DNA of 64,000 nt from an uncultured Gemmatimonadales bacterium (GCA_963828735.1 CAWHFW010000005.1:2528001-2592000); one strand, 5' to 3'; positions 30,993 to 41,705 are shown, numbered from the stretch's first letter. The notes: generated by a model not told the origin, from the sequence alone. Program-made: numbers and translations.

Positions 30993-31913
30993 TCAGGGGA
31001 CGGAATGGCCCATGCCGGGATTCGCTGTCGCCAGGAGGTGCGGCAGCCGAACGATCTCGGAGCGAACGACTACCGCGCCCAACAGGATCAAGAGCAGCGC
31101 CCCTGCGGTGGCGGGCGGCGCGTCGAGCGCCAACAACCACAGCGGCACGAGAATGCCCCCCACGATCGCCAGCATGCCGATGACCGCGAGAGCGCGGAAA
31201 CCACGGGCCGCCGACAGCGGGCCGCGAAGATCGGCCAGGAGCAGACCCAGCACCAGCAGGTTCAGGGGCAGCAGCAGCCTCAGCGCGAGGCGGAGCACGA
31301 TCGCGGCCTCGGGTTGCCGCGCGGCCATTGCCAGGAGCAGCAGCTCGGCCGAGCCCAGCACCAGGGCCGAGTTGACCAGGTAACCGCCCAGCCACCGAGC
31401 GTCCCCCCAGCCGCGCTGCGCCGTGGTGCTGAACAGGACGCCCTTGTACGCCGCCGCACCCACCGCGAGCACCAGGCCGACGACGAGAGTCAGCCGGCGC
31501 GCCCACTCGAGACCCGCGCTCGCAGGCACAAGGCCCATCACCGTGACCGCCGTGAGCAGAACGGCGTAGGCCGCGAGGCACCACGTGCCAAGCGACATGG
31601 GCGAGCTGGGCTTCCACACCCTGAGCATATGATGAAACCGGAACGGGTCGCCCAGATCCAGCACCAGGCACACGAGGTCGCCGATCAGGAAGAGCAGCGC
31701 GATCGGATACGCCAGCGCCGCCAGCGACTTGAAGCTCTCCGGCACCACCAGCTCTCCGAGCGCCGCCACAAGGAAAAGGCCCGAGCTCAGATTGTTGAGC
31801 AGCAGATCCAGCGTGACGAGCCCGTGCCAGTTCGGCGGCTTCGTCACGGGGCGGTCCGAGTAGCCGGTCGCCGTGGCCTGCGCGGTGGGATCGATGTTCA
31901 GGGGCGCGGTCAC
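30993..31913 (-). CDS. NrfD/PsrC-like membrane anchor of formate dehydrogenase
   Basis: DLGDPFRFHHMLRVWKPSSPMSLGTW; multiple TMs; overlaps the upstream Fe-S gene. Confidence 0.88.
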   Translation of the reverse strand: MTAPLNIDPTAQATATGYSDRPVTKPPNWHGLVTLDLLLNNLSSGLFLVAALGELVVPESFKSLAALAYPIALLFLIGDLVCLVLDLGDPFRFHHMLRVWKPSSPMSLGTWCLAAYAVLLTAVTVMGLVPASAGLEWARRLTLVVGLVLAVGAAAYKGVLFSTTAQRGWGDARWLGGYLVNSALVLGSAELLLLAMAARQPEAAIVLRLALRLLLPLNLLVLGLLLADLRGPLSAARGFRALAVIGMLAIVGGILVPLWLLALDAPPATAGALLLILLGAVVVRSEIVRLPHLLATANPGMGHSVP

Positions 31914-32836
31914 GTCCGCGCTCCACCGAGGACCAGGGCAGCCAGCAAGACCGCGAGCGACAGCAGTCCGCTCAGCACCGCACGCAGATAGTCGCCCTTC
32001 ATGGCCAGCCAGGGATTGACCGGCGTCTCGGGGAGGCCGTACACCGAGGGGCGATCCACCAGGAGGTAGAACGAGTTCAGCTCGGAGTACGTTTGTCCCG
32101 GCACGTCACCATACAGGTAGGCGTCCGTGACCCCGCGCTCGTGCAGGACCTCCACCCGCTTCCGGGCCCGTTCCCGCAGCTCGTCGATCGGGCCGAACTG
32201 AATGGACTCGGTCGGGCAGGCCTTGGCGCAGGCGGGCACCAGGCCGTCGCGTTGTCGGTCGAAGCACAGCGTGCACTTGTGAGCGTGACCGTCGATCGTG
32301 CTGCGGGTGATGACCCCGAACGGGCAGGCGGCGATGCAATAGGCGCAGCCGTTGCAGATGTCCGGCTGGATGTAGACGTTGTCGAACTCGTTGTGGATGA
32401 TGGCCCCGGTGGGGCACGCCTGCTGGCACGGTGCGGTCACGCAGTGCTTGCAGACGTCGCTCATCATGAGCCAGCGGCCAGGATCGACGCCGTCGGAGTC
32501 GGACCCTGAGACTCCCGTCGCGCCCTTGCCGGGCAGCTGCTCGATGAACTTCACGTGCCGCCAGGAGGTGGCCGACAAGCCGCCGGTGTTGTCGTAGCTG
32601 TTGCCGATCCACTCGAACCCATCCGCTGGCAGCTGGTTCCATTGCTTGCACGCCACCTCGCATGCTTTGCAGCCGATGCAGACGGTGGTATCGGTGTAGA
32701 ACCCGGTGGGCTGACGCGGCTCAGGGGCAGCCGCGCGGCGGAAAGGCTCGACAACGCGTTCCAGGAGCACCGGCAAGCGACGAGGGGCGTCCCTGCCCGG
32801 GGAAAGCGCGGCCAGCTCCTTCTCTCTAATCGCCAC
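31910..32836 (-). CDS. fdxH: Formate dehydrogenase Fe-S (beta) subunit
   Basis: CIGCKACEVAC, CKHC...C...CP, CNGCAYCIAACP, KCTLC...CAKACP; C-terminal TM. Confidence 0.92.
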   Translation of the reverse strand: MAIREKELAALSPGRDAPRRLPVLLERVVEPFRRAAAPEPRQPTGFYTDTTVCIGCKACEVACKQWNQLPADGFEWIGNSYDNTGGLSATSWRHVKFIEQLPGKGATGVSGSDSDGVDPGRWLMMSDVCKHCVTAPCQQACPTGAIIHNEFDNVYIQPDICNGCAYCIAACPFGVITRSTIDGHAHKCTLCFDRQRDGLVPACAKACPTESIQFGPIDELRERARKRVEVLHERGVTDAYLYGDVPGQTYSELNSFYLLVDRPSVYGLPETPVNPWLAMKGDYLRAVLSGLLSLAVLLAALVLGGART

Positions 32837-35800
32837 GGTCGAATCTCCCCTCGGGCTGCGCCGCGGTCGGCGTGTCCGGCACCCGCTCCTCGGTCGGCCA
32901 GGGCGCGGGCTCCTTGGTGGGCTTTGGCGCCGGGCCGCCATGCCGGCCGGCGTACACCTGGCAGGTGAACGCCTTGACCTCGTGCATACTGACGTTGGGA
33001 TCGGCTACCAGGGAGGTGAGGTCGTTGGCGTTGTCGCCCACGACTTCGCCGGCGAAGGCCCAGTGGAACGGAAGGCCGATCTGGTGCACGACGCGCCCCT
33101 CCACCAGCAGGGGCCACAGCCTCCGCGTCACCATCGCGCGCGCCTCGATGCGACCTCGCGCCGTCCGCACCGTCATCCAGCCGCCGTGCACGATGCCGCG
33201 TTCCTCGGCCAGCGCCGGGCTCAGCTCGACGAACATCTCCGGCTGAAGCTCGTTGAGCCAGCTGTTGAAGCGGCTCATCGGCCCGCTCAGGTAGTGCTCG
33301 GTGAGCCGGTAGGTGGTGGCGACCACCGGGAATTCCGACGTGGGGCTGTGCGCCAGCCGGTTGAGCGGTCCCTCGAAGAGCCGCACCACAGGGCTGGTCA
33401 CCTGCTTGGGATAGAGGAGGTTGCCCACGGGTGATTCGACCGGCTCGTAGTGGGTGGGCAGGGGCCCGTCCTTGACGCTGCCTGGCGCGAAGAGCCATCC
33501 GACGCCGTCGGGCTTCATGATGAAAGGTTGATTGCCGGCGATCGCGCTCATTCCTTTGGCGTCGGGCGGCGGGCGATAGTCCGGAGGCAGCTCGGGGTCG
33601 AAGTCCGGCTCGTCCGGGCCGACCCACCGGCGGAGTCCGGCGTCCCACCAGACCAGCTTCTTGCGTTCCGACCACGGGCGTCCCTCGGGGTCCGCCGAGG
33701 CACGATTGTAGAGAATGCGACGGTTGTGAGGCCACGCGTAGCCCCACTCGGGGTGGATCGGATTGGACGTGAGCCGCCGCTCCCTGGCGCGATTGCGCCC
33801 CGGCTCGGGGAACACGCCGCTGTAGATCCAGCAGCCGCACGACGTCGTGCCGTCGTCTCGCAGCTCCGAGAAGCCGGACACCAGCCGAGGCCGGCCGGTG
33901 CGAGGATCGGTCTGGTCCAGGTGGTACCCGTTGATCTCCATGAGGACCTTCTCCAGATCCGGCTCTCCCTGGATCCGGCTCGGGGTTCCGTCGGGCAATC
34001 GTGGCGGTTCATCGAACTCGTAGTCCCACGTGAGGTGGAGCAGCGGCTGATCGCGCGGATCGGTGGACCCCGCGTAGAGCTGCTTCAGGCGCTTTCCGAG
34101 ATTGTAGAGGAACCATGCGTCCGACCGGCTGTCTCCAGTCGGGTCGAGAGCCTTGTCGTGCCACTGCAGCATCCGCTGGGTATTGGTGAGGCTGCCCTCC
34201 TTCTCCGGCGCGGCCGCCGCCGGGATGAAGAACACTTCGGTCTTGATCTCGTCCGGTGGAGGGGCGCCGGGATCGTTCTTCCAGAAGACGGCGCTCTCGA
34301 TCTCGAACCAGTCGAGCACTACCAGCCAGTCGAGGTTGCGCAGTCCAGCGCGATGGAGCCTCGCATTGGGCGAGCCCCCGGCGGGATTCTGTCCGAAGAG
34401 GAAATAGCCTTTGACCCCGCCCTTGGACATGCGATCGAAGTACGGCAGCTGTGAATAGTCGGCATCCACCCTCGGCAGCCAGGAGAAGCAGAACTCGTTG
34501 TCCGCCGTCGCGGCATCGCCGTACCAGGCCTTGAGCAGGCTGACGATGAACTTGGGGAAGTTGGCCCAGTACCCGGTGGGCAGCCCCTCGTGCTCGACGT
34601 AGGCGCCGAGGGTTTCGTGCTGCTCGTCGGCGCCCGGCTGCGGCAGGTAGCCGGGCAGCGCATCGTACAGGGTGGCCAGGTCGGTCGACCCCTGGATCGT
34701 CGAGTGGCCCCGCATCGCCATGATTCCGCCGCCGGGCCTGCCCATGTTGCCGAGCAGTAACTGCAGGATGCCGGCGGTCCGGATCATCTGCACGCCGGTC
34801 GTATGCTGGGTCCAGCCCAGGGCATACACCACGGCACTGGTCCGTTCGCGTCCGGAGTTGCTGCACAGCAGCTCAGCCACCCGCACCAGCTCGCTCGGTG
34901 CGCAGCCGCACACCTGGGCGACCAACTCCGGCGTGTAGCGGGCAAAGTGGCGCTTCAGGATCTGAAAGACGCAGCGAGGGTGTTGCAGGGTAGGATCGCG
35001 GGCCGGCTCGCCTTCCGCGACACAGGACATCTCCTGTCGCGTCCCGGAGTGGCTGGTGCCTCCCGACTCGAGGGAGTGCCCGTACAGGCCGAGCTGCTGA
35101 AACATCCGATACATCGGCGTCACGCCGATCCAGCCGCTCCCCCCTTCTTCCGGTGTGCGGCAGTATCTCCAGCCGCCTTCGCGCGCGTCGTACGTGCCGG
35201 TCTTGCCGTTCCCATGGTAGCCGCTGAACAGGCCGCCCAGGTCCTCGGTGTCCTGATAGGCCTCATGCACGATGGCGGACGCGTTGGTGTAGTTGAGCAC
35301 ATAGTCCTCGAACCAGCGATCGTGGCTCAGGACATAGTTCACCAGGCCGCCGAGGAAGGCGAGGTCGCTGCCCGCGCGGATACTGACGTGGAGGTCGCAC
35401 AGGGCCGACGTGCGGGTATAGCGCGGGTCCACGTGGATCAGCGTCGCGCCCCGAGCCTTCGCCATCATCGGCCAGCGGAACCCGACCGGATGGGCCTCGG
35501 CCATGTTCGAGCCCATGAACAGGACGCAATCGCTGTTGGCGAGGTCCTGCTGATAGTTGGTGGCCGCGCCGCGACCGAACGAGGCGCCCAGACCGGGCAC
35601 CGAGGCGCTATGTCATATCCTGGCCTGGTTCTCGATCGAGACCACTCCCAGTCCGCCGCCGAACAGCTTCTTGATGAGATAGTTCTCCTCGTTGTCGATG
35701 GTGGCGCCGCCAAGCGTACCGATCGAGCGGACCGAGTTGAGGAGGCGGCCGGAGTCGGTCCGGACCGTGAAGTCGGCGTCCCGGACGTCCTTGACGCGGC

Positions 35801-36146
35801 GCGCGATCTGGTCGAGGGCCCAGTCCAGTGTGTGCGTTTCCCAGTGATCGGAGTAAGGAGCGCGGTAGAGTACCCGGGTCACACGGTGGGGATTCACTGC
35901 GAGCTGGAAGGCGTTGGCTCCCTTGGGACAAAGCGTCCCCTCGTTGATGGGACTCTCGGGGTTGCCCTCGATGTCGATGAGCTTCCCGCCTTTGGTGTAG
36001 ATGAGCTGGCCGCACCCGACGGCGCAGTACGGGCAGAGGCCCTCGGTGACGGTGGCGCCCCGGAGTCGCGAGGCCTTCTCGACTGTTTGCCGGCTGACCG
36101 GCTCGTGGGACGAGGGTGTGTGGGGCCAGTCAGGGAGGTCGGACAT
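32826..36146 (-). CDS. fdnG: Selenocysteine formate dehydrogenase-N/O-type alpha subunit (1106 aa with Sec at TGA 35613-35615)
   Basis: CPYCAVGCG...LCPKG; ENQARI-UGA-HSASVPGLG joins ORFs 35613..36182 and 32826..35600 in frame; GWTQH, RGH, CGCWIY motifs. Confidence 0.93.
35583..35612 (-). promoter_or_regulatory. Bacterial SECIS element
   Basis: Hairpin GGUGCCC-GGUCU-GGGCGCC starts 11 nt 3' of the UGA, with an apical G/GU loop. Confidence 0.85.
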
Positions 36147-36577
36147 GTCATCCTCGCGGCCGTTGAAGACACCACCAAACATGCAGGCGAAAGCGATTTC
36201 CGTGCGTCGGGGATTTGCGTGGTGACCGTTGTCTCACTCGGCTGCCCGCCTTCGGCTGTAGAGATCCGACCTGGTCCCTCTGTCGTATGGTCAATCAGGG
36301 CACTCTGAACATTTGCGCACCCGATGGAGCGGCGCGAGGGTGGCTCGAAAGGCCGAGAATGTGCCAAACGCCGGGTTTAGTCGGTGACCAAGCACACGTT
36401 GCTGGCTGCGACGGATTTCCCCTGGCAGGACTCCGCCTGTGGAGATGCGGTGACTGAGTGACGGGAACTCGCGGAAAGGGTCGCGGGTTGGTAGAATTCG
36501 GCCGGTTGCATTTGCTCCTCGGAATAGGGAAAGTCCAGCGCCTTCGGTGGCGTGCGGCTCGAGCGAGGAGGGGCAAT

Positions 36578-36612
36578 GAAGCCCGGCAGCGACGTCCGTC
36601 GCGCCGGGCTTC
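36578..36612. repeat. Palindromic REP-like element, copy 1
   Basis: GAAGCCCGGCAGCGAC-GTCC-GTCGCGCCGGGCTTC. Confidence 0.75.
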
Positions 36613-36725
36613 TCACTCAACGCCGCGCGGCCAGTGGCGTCGGTGACATCCCTGCTTTTCAAAAGAGGTGGTTCTTGACGGACTCGCGGTTCGGGGCGCT
36701 GCGTCGCGGCGCGACGAGATGCTGC

Positions 36726-37314
36726 ATGATGGCGACGGCGTTGGGTGTGGTGGTTGTGGGAGCAGCGTCGGCCCAGACGATGTCGGCGCAGCCGGGGACG
36801 CCGGACCGCACGCTCCCCATCATCCGGGTGAGCCCCGAGAACGTCCGGATGAACAACTACCTGCACGATCTGGCGAGCCCGGCCGCAGTCGTCGGGGTAA
36901 TCAGTGGTGGAGTGATCGCCGCATCTCCGGGACCAGCCCGCGGCGTGGGACAATGACGTGGGGGGCCTGGCAAGCCGGATCGCCTCGCGCGCCGGTCAGG
37001 CCGCAGTACAGGTGAGTGTCCGTCACGGCCTGGCCGCGCTCATGCACCGCAGCACGGGCTACCAGCCCTGCGATTGCCACGGATTCGGGCCGCGAGTGGA
37101 GCACGCCCTGCTCGAGTCGTTCACCGATCACCGCGCCGACGGGAGCCGGGCGCTCGCGATCCCTCGCTTCGCCGGGGCCTACGCCGGGAGCTTTGCCCGC
37201 CTCAGTTGGGAGCACGACAAGAGTGTGGGTGCCACCGCACTGGGCACGACCACGTCCCTCGGGTTCTCGGCTCTGGTGAACGTCGTTCGGGAGCTGTCTG
37301 GCATCGGACGTTAG
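36726..37314 (+). CDS. Hypothetical secreted/membrane protein, frameshifted near 36920-36960
   Basis: Signal peptide in ORF 36552..36956; continues as ...YQPCDCHGFGPRVEHALLESF...IPRFAGAYAG in 36958..37314. Confidence 0.6.
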
Positions 37315-37330
37315 CCTCGACACCTGAAGG

Positions 37331-37370
37331 GATGAAGCCCGGCACGACTTCCGTCGTGCCGGGCTTCGTC
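37331..37370. repeat. Palindromic REP-like element, copy 2; probable terminator between convergent genes
   Basis: GATGAAGCCCGGCACGAC-TTCC-GTCGTGCCGGGCTTCGTC. Confidence 0.8.
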
Positions 37371-37412
37371 TTTCCACCCCATCTTCGCCGCGCTGATCTC
37401 TCGTCGGCAACT

Positions 37413-39020
37413 TCAGGCAGAAGGACAATGGGCGGCGGAGTCTCGTTGGGCGGCCCAGATGCCGACCTGACCGAGACCATACGGCCGGGCGAGGAGCGCC
37501 CCCGCGGTATCGGCCTCCGACCGCACGTGGCGGACGACCAGGCCCGCCGGATTCGCCGCCTCCCACCCGGCCAGCTGATCCTCGGTGACCACCTCGAGCG
37601 GGCGCTCGAGGCGTCCCAGGAAATGGAATTGTCCCGCGTAGTCGCCGACGTGCGCGACCGGTCTTCGGGCCTCCTCTGCGGCCTTGAGGCACGCGGCGAG
37701 CGGTCGAAGGTCGTAGCTCCGGGCAAGGAGCCTTCCCCCGGCGAGGTGAACCCCGATCAGAAGCGCGGGGCTCGTGAGGCTCAACGCGATCACCTGCCGC
37801 CGCGTACCCGTCAACAGGACGAGGGCGAGCGCCCCGATCAGGAGCACGCCCCCCCAGGCCGGGGAGATCTGGTTCACCCAGCCGGGGAATCTCAGCCTCG
37901 CGTGCAGGCCATCGCCGGCGAGCAGCAGCGCCCCACTCAGCGCAAGCAGGGCGGCGGCCGGCGCCGCGTCCCGGCGGCGCGCCGGTTCCCCCCCGCGCGA
38001 ACACGCAGCGCTCGCGAGGAGGGCGAATCCCGGCAGCAGCGGAATGAGGTAGTGGACCTGCTTGCCGCTGATGACGGAAAGCGCGATCAACCCGGGCACG
38101 ACCCACGCGAGCGCGAACCGGGCCGGCAGGTCTACCGCTCCGCGTCCCAGGCGCGCCAGCGATCGCCAGAGCGGCGGCCACAGAGCCCACGGGTAGAGGA
38201 CCAGCGGCAGCAGCGAGAGATACCACCACCATGGCCGCCGGTGCGCGAACGCATGGACGAGACGCCCCGCCGTCTGCTCCCACAGGATCGCCGCGCGGTA
38301 CGCCTGACCCCCGCGGGCCGCGGCGGGAAGCGCCCACGCGAGCGCGATCGCGGCGCCGAGGGCGACGCCGGCGCCGAGGCTGAGATACCACCGCCCCCAG
38401 CGAGCCGGCCGCGGGTCGGTGGCCCACCACGGTGCGAGCAGCGCCACGGGGAGCACATGGACGAGCACGACAGGTCCCTTGGCGAGCGCGCCAAGGCCTA
38501 GCCCGGCCGCGAAGGTCAGCCATCCACGGAGCGGACGCCCGCGCCACGCGTCCACGACACCCGCGAGTGCCAGCAGCACGCACGTCGTGAGCAGGGTGTC
38601 GAAGAGGACGAGGGTGGTGTAGGTGACCCACAGGAACCCGCTGAGGAACGGCATCGCCTGGTCTCCGCTGCGCGGGCCATCCGGCGAGAGGCGCGCGGCG
38701 AGCCGCGCGAGCAGGAGCGCGCTGGTCAGGCCGAGGATGGGCGGCAGGAGGCGCGGCCACCATTCGTTCACGCCAAGCACGCGCCAGCCGAGCAGCATGC
38801 CCCAGAACAGCAGCGGCGGCTTGTCGGCATAGGGCGCGCCGTTCAGGTGCGGCACGACCCAATCACCGCGGCGCCACATCTCCCATGCGACCGACAGATA
38901 GCGGGTCTCGTCCACGGGAAGCAGTGGACGTTGCGCCAGGGCCAGCGCTACCAGGGCGCCCCACAGGACCAGCCATCCCCAACCGGGGATGAACCGACCC
39001 GGCGAATCACTCCGCGGCAC
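37413..39020 (-). CDS. ArnT/PMT (GT-C) family glycosyltransferase
   Basis: PVDETRY, DKPPLLFW, AKGPV, HRRPWWWY, GKQVHYLIP. Confidence 0.92.
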   Translation of the reverse strand: MPRSDSPGRFIPGWGWLVLWGALVALALAQRPLLPVDETRYLSVAWEMWRRGDWVVPHLNGAPYADKPPLLFWGMLLGWRVLGVNEWWPRLLPPILGLTSALLLARLAARLSPDGPRSGDQAMPFLSGFLWVTYTTLVLFDTLLTTCVLLALAGVVDAWRGRPLRGWLTFAAGLGLGALAKGPVVLVHVLPVALLAPWWATDPRPARWGRWYLSLGAGVALGAAIALAWALPAAARGGQAYRAAILWEQTAGRLVHAFAHRRPWWWYLSLLPLVLYPWALWPPLWRSLARLGRGAVDLPARFALAWVVPGLIALSVISGKQVHYLIPLLPGFALLASAACSRGGEPARRRDAAPAAALLALSGALLLAGDGLHARLRFPGWVNQISPAWGGVLLIGALALVLLTGTRRQVIALSLTSPALLIGVHLAGGRLLARSYDLRPLAACLKAAEEARRPVAHVGDYAGQFHFLGRLERPLEVVTEDQLAGWEAANPAGLVVRHVRSEADTAGALLARPYGLGQVGIWAAQRDSAAHCPSA

Positions 39021-39279
39021 GACGCGACCGTCTGATCAGCTCCAGGTTGCGCAGGTACACCACGGCGCCGAACGACTGACCCAGGATGAAGACCGGATCG
39101 CGCCGGTAGATCGCATAGGCCAGGAGCAGGAGGCCGCCGGCCAGGCTCAGATGCCAGAACTCGATGGGGACCACGCTCCGGCCCGCGCGTTCGCTCCGCC
39201 ACCACTGGACCAGAAACCGCATCGTGAACAAGGCCTGGCCCAGGAAGCCAATGACGAGCCACATCGTTCTAACCGCCAT
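39007..39279 (-). CDS. Lipid A biosynthesis N-terminal (LAB_N) domain protein
   Basis: GQALFTMRFLVQW..SE..GRSVVP..FW, DPVFILGQ. Confidence 0.9.
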   Translation of the reverse strand: MAVRTMWLVIGFLGQALFTMRFLVQWWRSERAGRSVVPIEFWHLSLAGGLLLLAYAIYRRDPVFILGQSFGAVVYLRNLELIRRSRRAAE

Positions 39280-40006
39280 CGGGCCCCTCCATGGTCGCGG
39301 GTGAGATCGACCGGCGCTTGAGCCACAGGACACCGGCGAGATCCGCCACGCCGACCCAGGCGCGATCGAGCACGCCATAGTGCGAGCGGCCATGGTGGCG
39401 GGGCCGGTGATTCACCGGTACGGACGCGACGCGCCAGCCGCTCCCCAGAAACAACGCGGGAAGAAAGCGGTGCATGTGATCGAAGTGGGGGACCGCGAGG
39501 AAGGACTCCCGGCTGAACAGCTTGAGACCGCAGCCGCTGTCGGGGATGGAATCACCGAGCAGCCGGGCGCGGATCGCGTTGGCGACCCGCCCGGCGACCC
39601 GCTTGGCCCGCGAATCCTGGCGCTTCTGCCGCGCGCCGATGACGAGCCGAAGTCCCGGGGGTGCCGAGGGGTCTCGCACGGCGGCGAGCAGCGTCGGGAT
39701 GTCGGCGGGATCGTTCTGGCCGTCGCCGTCGAGGGTGGCGATCCACGGTCCCCGCGCGGCTCTGACTCCGTGCACGGTCGCAGCACTCTGACCGGCGCGT
39801 TTGGCATGCCGAACGATCCGAAGCCGGGGAAATTCCGTCGCCAACGCGGCCAGCTGCGTGGCGGTGTCGTCCTCGCTCGCATCGTCCACGCAAACGATTT
39901 CGTAATCGACTCGTCCGTCGAGCGCGGCGGCGATCTCCGCGACCAGCGGGGCCAGATTGTCGGCCTCGTTGTGAATCGGCACCACCACCGACAACTCGGT
40001 GCTCAC
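39269..40006 (-). CDS. GT2 polyprenol-phosphate glycosyltransferase (ArnC/DPM1-like)
   Basis: SVVVPIHNE, VDDAS, GQSAA, LDGDGQNDP, DSGCGLKLF, HRFLP. Confidence 0.93.
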   Translation of the reverse strand: MSTELSVVVPIHNEADNLAPLVAEIAAALDGRVDYEIVCVDDASEDDTATQLAALATEFPRLRIVRHAKRAGQSAATVHGVRAARGPWIATLDGDGQNDPADIPTLLAAVRDPSAPPGLRLVIGARQKRQDSRAKRVAGRVANAIRARLLGDSIPDSGCGLKLFSRESFLAVPHFDHMHRFLPALFLGSGWRVASVPVNHRPRHHGRSHYGVLDRAWVGVADLAGVLWLKRRSISPATMEGPDGG

Positions 40007-40228
40007 GATGCTGCCTCCACGCAGGCTGGGCGTCCGCCACCCCGCTCGGACCGTCAGCGCTCAACGAGCTGGCCTGGGTGCGGGGCGGTGCTCACCGAAA
40101 GCTAGATTTTCCGGGCCGAATGAGGGAGGTGGGGCGGTACTGCGATGGCAGGAGTGTGCCGGGGCCGGTCCTACCGTCCCGCGACCTCGCTCGGCGCGAG
40201 ACGCTCCTCGGCCGTGCTCGAGGTCGAG

Positions 40229-40801
40229 CTACACCACCTCGTCTTGAGTGCTGACCTCGCGCGGTGGGCCACAGGGGCCTCGATCGCGCTCCGCCTGACC
40301 GTCGGCCGGCCCGAGCTGGCGCGCTGCCTCCTTGCGCTCGACGGCGGCCGAGTCGAGGTCGTCAGTGGCTGTGGCCGTTTGCTCGCTGGGCCGTGCCAAA
40401 ATGGTCCCAGCCCTGAGCTTCGGCAAGAGTCGCCGGACCTCCGCCTGCAGCTCCGAGGTTGTGAACGGTGTGCGAAGCATTGGTAGGCCGTCGGGCAGGT
40501 GAGGGTCGGACGTCGAGCCGGCGGGATCGCTCGAGAGAAACAAGATCGTCAGGGCGGGGAAGCTGTTCCGTAACTCCTCCAGGAGGTCCATCCGTACCGC
40601 GCCTTCGACCCGCATGCTGCTGATCATGAGGTGGCAGTGCATGAGCGCCACCGAGTCGGGGGCGGAGAGGCCACTGGGGTCGTGAGCGACGCAATGCCCG
40701 TCGCGCCGAAGGGTAGCAATGATCCGGGCGGCGGTGACAGAATCCTCATCGGCCACGACGATGCGTTGCCGGTCGAAGGAATAGGCAGTTGGGGAACTCA
40801 C
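40229..40801 (-). CDS. Pseudo-receiver (CheY-like) domain protein
   Basis: RIVVADED, LMISS in place of the phospho-Asp, ILFLS, MLRTPFT in place of KPF. Confidence 0.65.
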   Translation of the reverse strand: MSSPTAYSFDRQRIVVADEDSVTAARIIATLRRDGHCVAHDPSGLSAPDSVALMHCHLMISSMRVEGAVRMDLLEELRNSFPALTILFLSSDPAGSTSDPHLPDGLPMLRTPFTTSELQAEVRRLLPKLRAGTILARPSEQTATATDDLDSAAVERKEAARQLGPADGQAERDRGPCGPPREVSTQDEVV

Positions 40802-40937
40802 GGCGGGCCTTTGGACCCGGAAATGGTCCGGGAGTGGCAGGATGGAGCGAAGGTAGGGAAGCGAGCCCGCGCCGGGACGGGTCGAAGCCAGATCACATTT
40901 CCTCTGCGAAAGCCTCCCTGCGACACACTCGGTTGCC

Positions 40938-41399
40938 TCAGGCGATGCGCCACTCCGCCAGAGAGGCGTACGCCAGCCCGCGCTGATCCGGAATGATCGT
41001 AAGCTCGAGCGCGGTGACAGCGACGAGGTCGACATTCAAGTCCTCGACCTCGCTGGTCGCACCTGCCGGGCTGAAGGTGTACTGTTGGCGCACGACCTCG
41101 CGAAACGTCTGCCCGCCGTCCGGGGACCAGCGCAACGTGAACTCCTGCGTGCGCTCGTCGTCGGACTCGTCGAACCGGAGCCGGATGCGCCGGAGACTTT
41201 GCGGCCGGTGAAACACGAGTCGGATGCTCTGCGTGCCGCGTTCGGAGGCGCGCCACCCCGAGGCGTCCCCCGGCGTCAGGGCCGCCTCGACCGGGTGCGC
41301 CGCCTCCTCCGAGGTGAGCTCCACGTCGGCCAGCACGTCGACATTCAGCCAGCGCCCGGGCGGCGACGGCGCCGAGGAATGTACCATTCGCTTTTGCAT
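40938..41399 (-). CDS. Discoidin/F5/8 (galactose-binding-like) domain protein, no signal peptide
   Basis: VELTSE...HPVEAAL..GWRA...QSIRLVF...RTQEF...VRQQYTFSP. Confidence 0.75.
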   Translation of the reverse strand: MQKRMVHSSAPSPPGRWLNVDVLADVELTSEEAAHPVEAALTPGDASGWRASERGTQSIRLVFHRPQSLRRIRLRFDESDDERTQEFTLRWSPDGGQTFREVVRQQYTFSPAGATSEVEDLNVDLVAVTALELTIIPDQRGLAYASLAEWRIA

Positions 41400-41486
41400 G
41401 CCTGATCCTTTTCGCCGCGGTTCACAGGGCTCCATGGGAAGTTCGATGGATGCCGCGTCCCACCCCTACGATTTCCCGGCCTGTCG

Positions 41487-41705
41487 TCAGCTGTCGTTGG
41501 CGGGCATCCACTCCAATAGCTTACCAGGCTGGACCTGAAAGAATCGGCATAGCTGGTCAAGCGTCTCGGCATGGAGCCGTCCAAAGCGGCCGCCGGCACG
41601 GGAGAGCCGGTACGCGCTGGGGTATGTCAGATCAGTTTCCCGCCAAAGTTTGTACGCCGAGATCCCACGCGTCCTCATGAGTTCGTGCACTTTGAGCCGC
41701 ACCAT
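41487..41705 (-). CDS. Cro/C1-type (HTH_26) small transcriptional regulator
   Basis: RLKVHELMRTRGISAYKL...TLDQLCRFFQVQPGKLLEW. Confidence 0.8.
   Translation of the reverse strand: MVRLKVHELMRTRGISAYKLWRETDLTYPSAYRLSRAGGRFGRLHAETLDQLCRFFQVQPGKLLEWMPANDS

Noticed and set aside
35613..35615. Nonsense mutation splitting the formate dehydrogenase
   Set aside because: The UGA is at the catalytic Cys/Sec position and is followed by a SECIS hairpin.
36521..36560. AATAGGGAA / GGAAAGTCC suggesting a cobalamin riboswitch or RNase P RNA
   Set aside because: The other conserved elements (CCCGC.ACTG B12 box; RNase P P4 partner) are absent.
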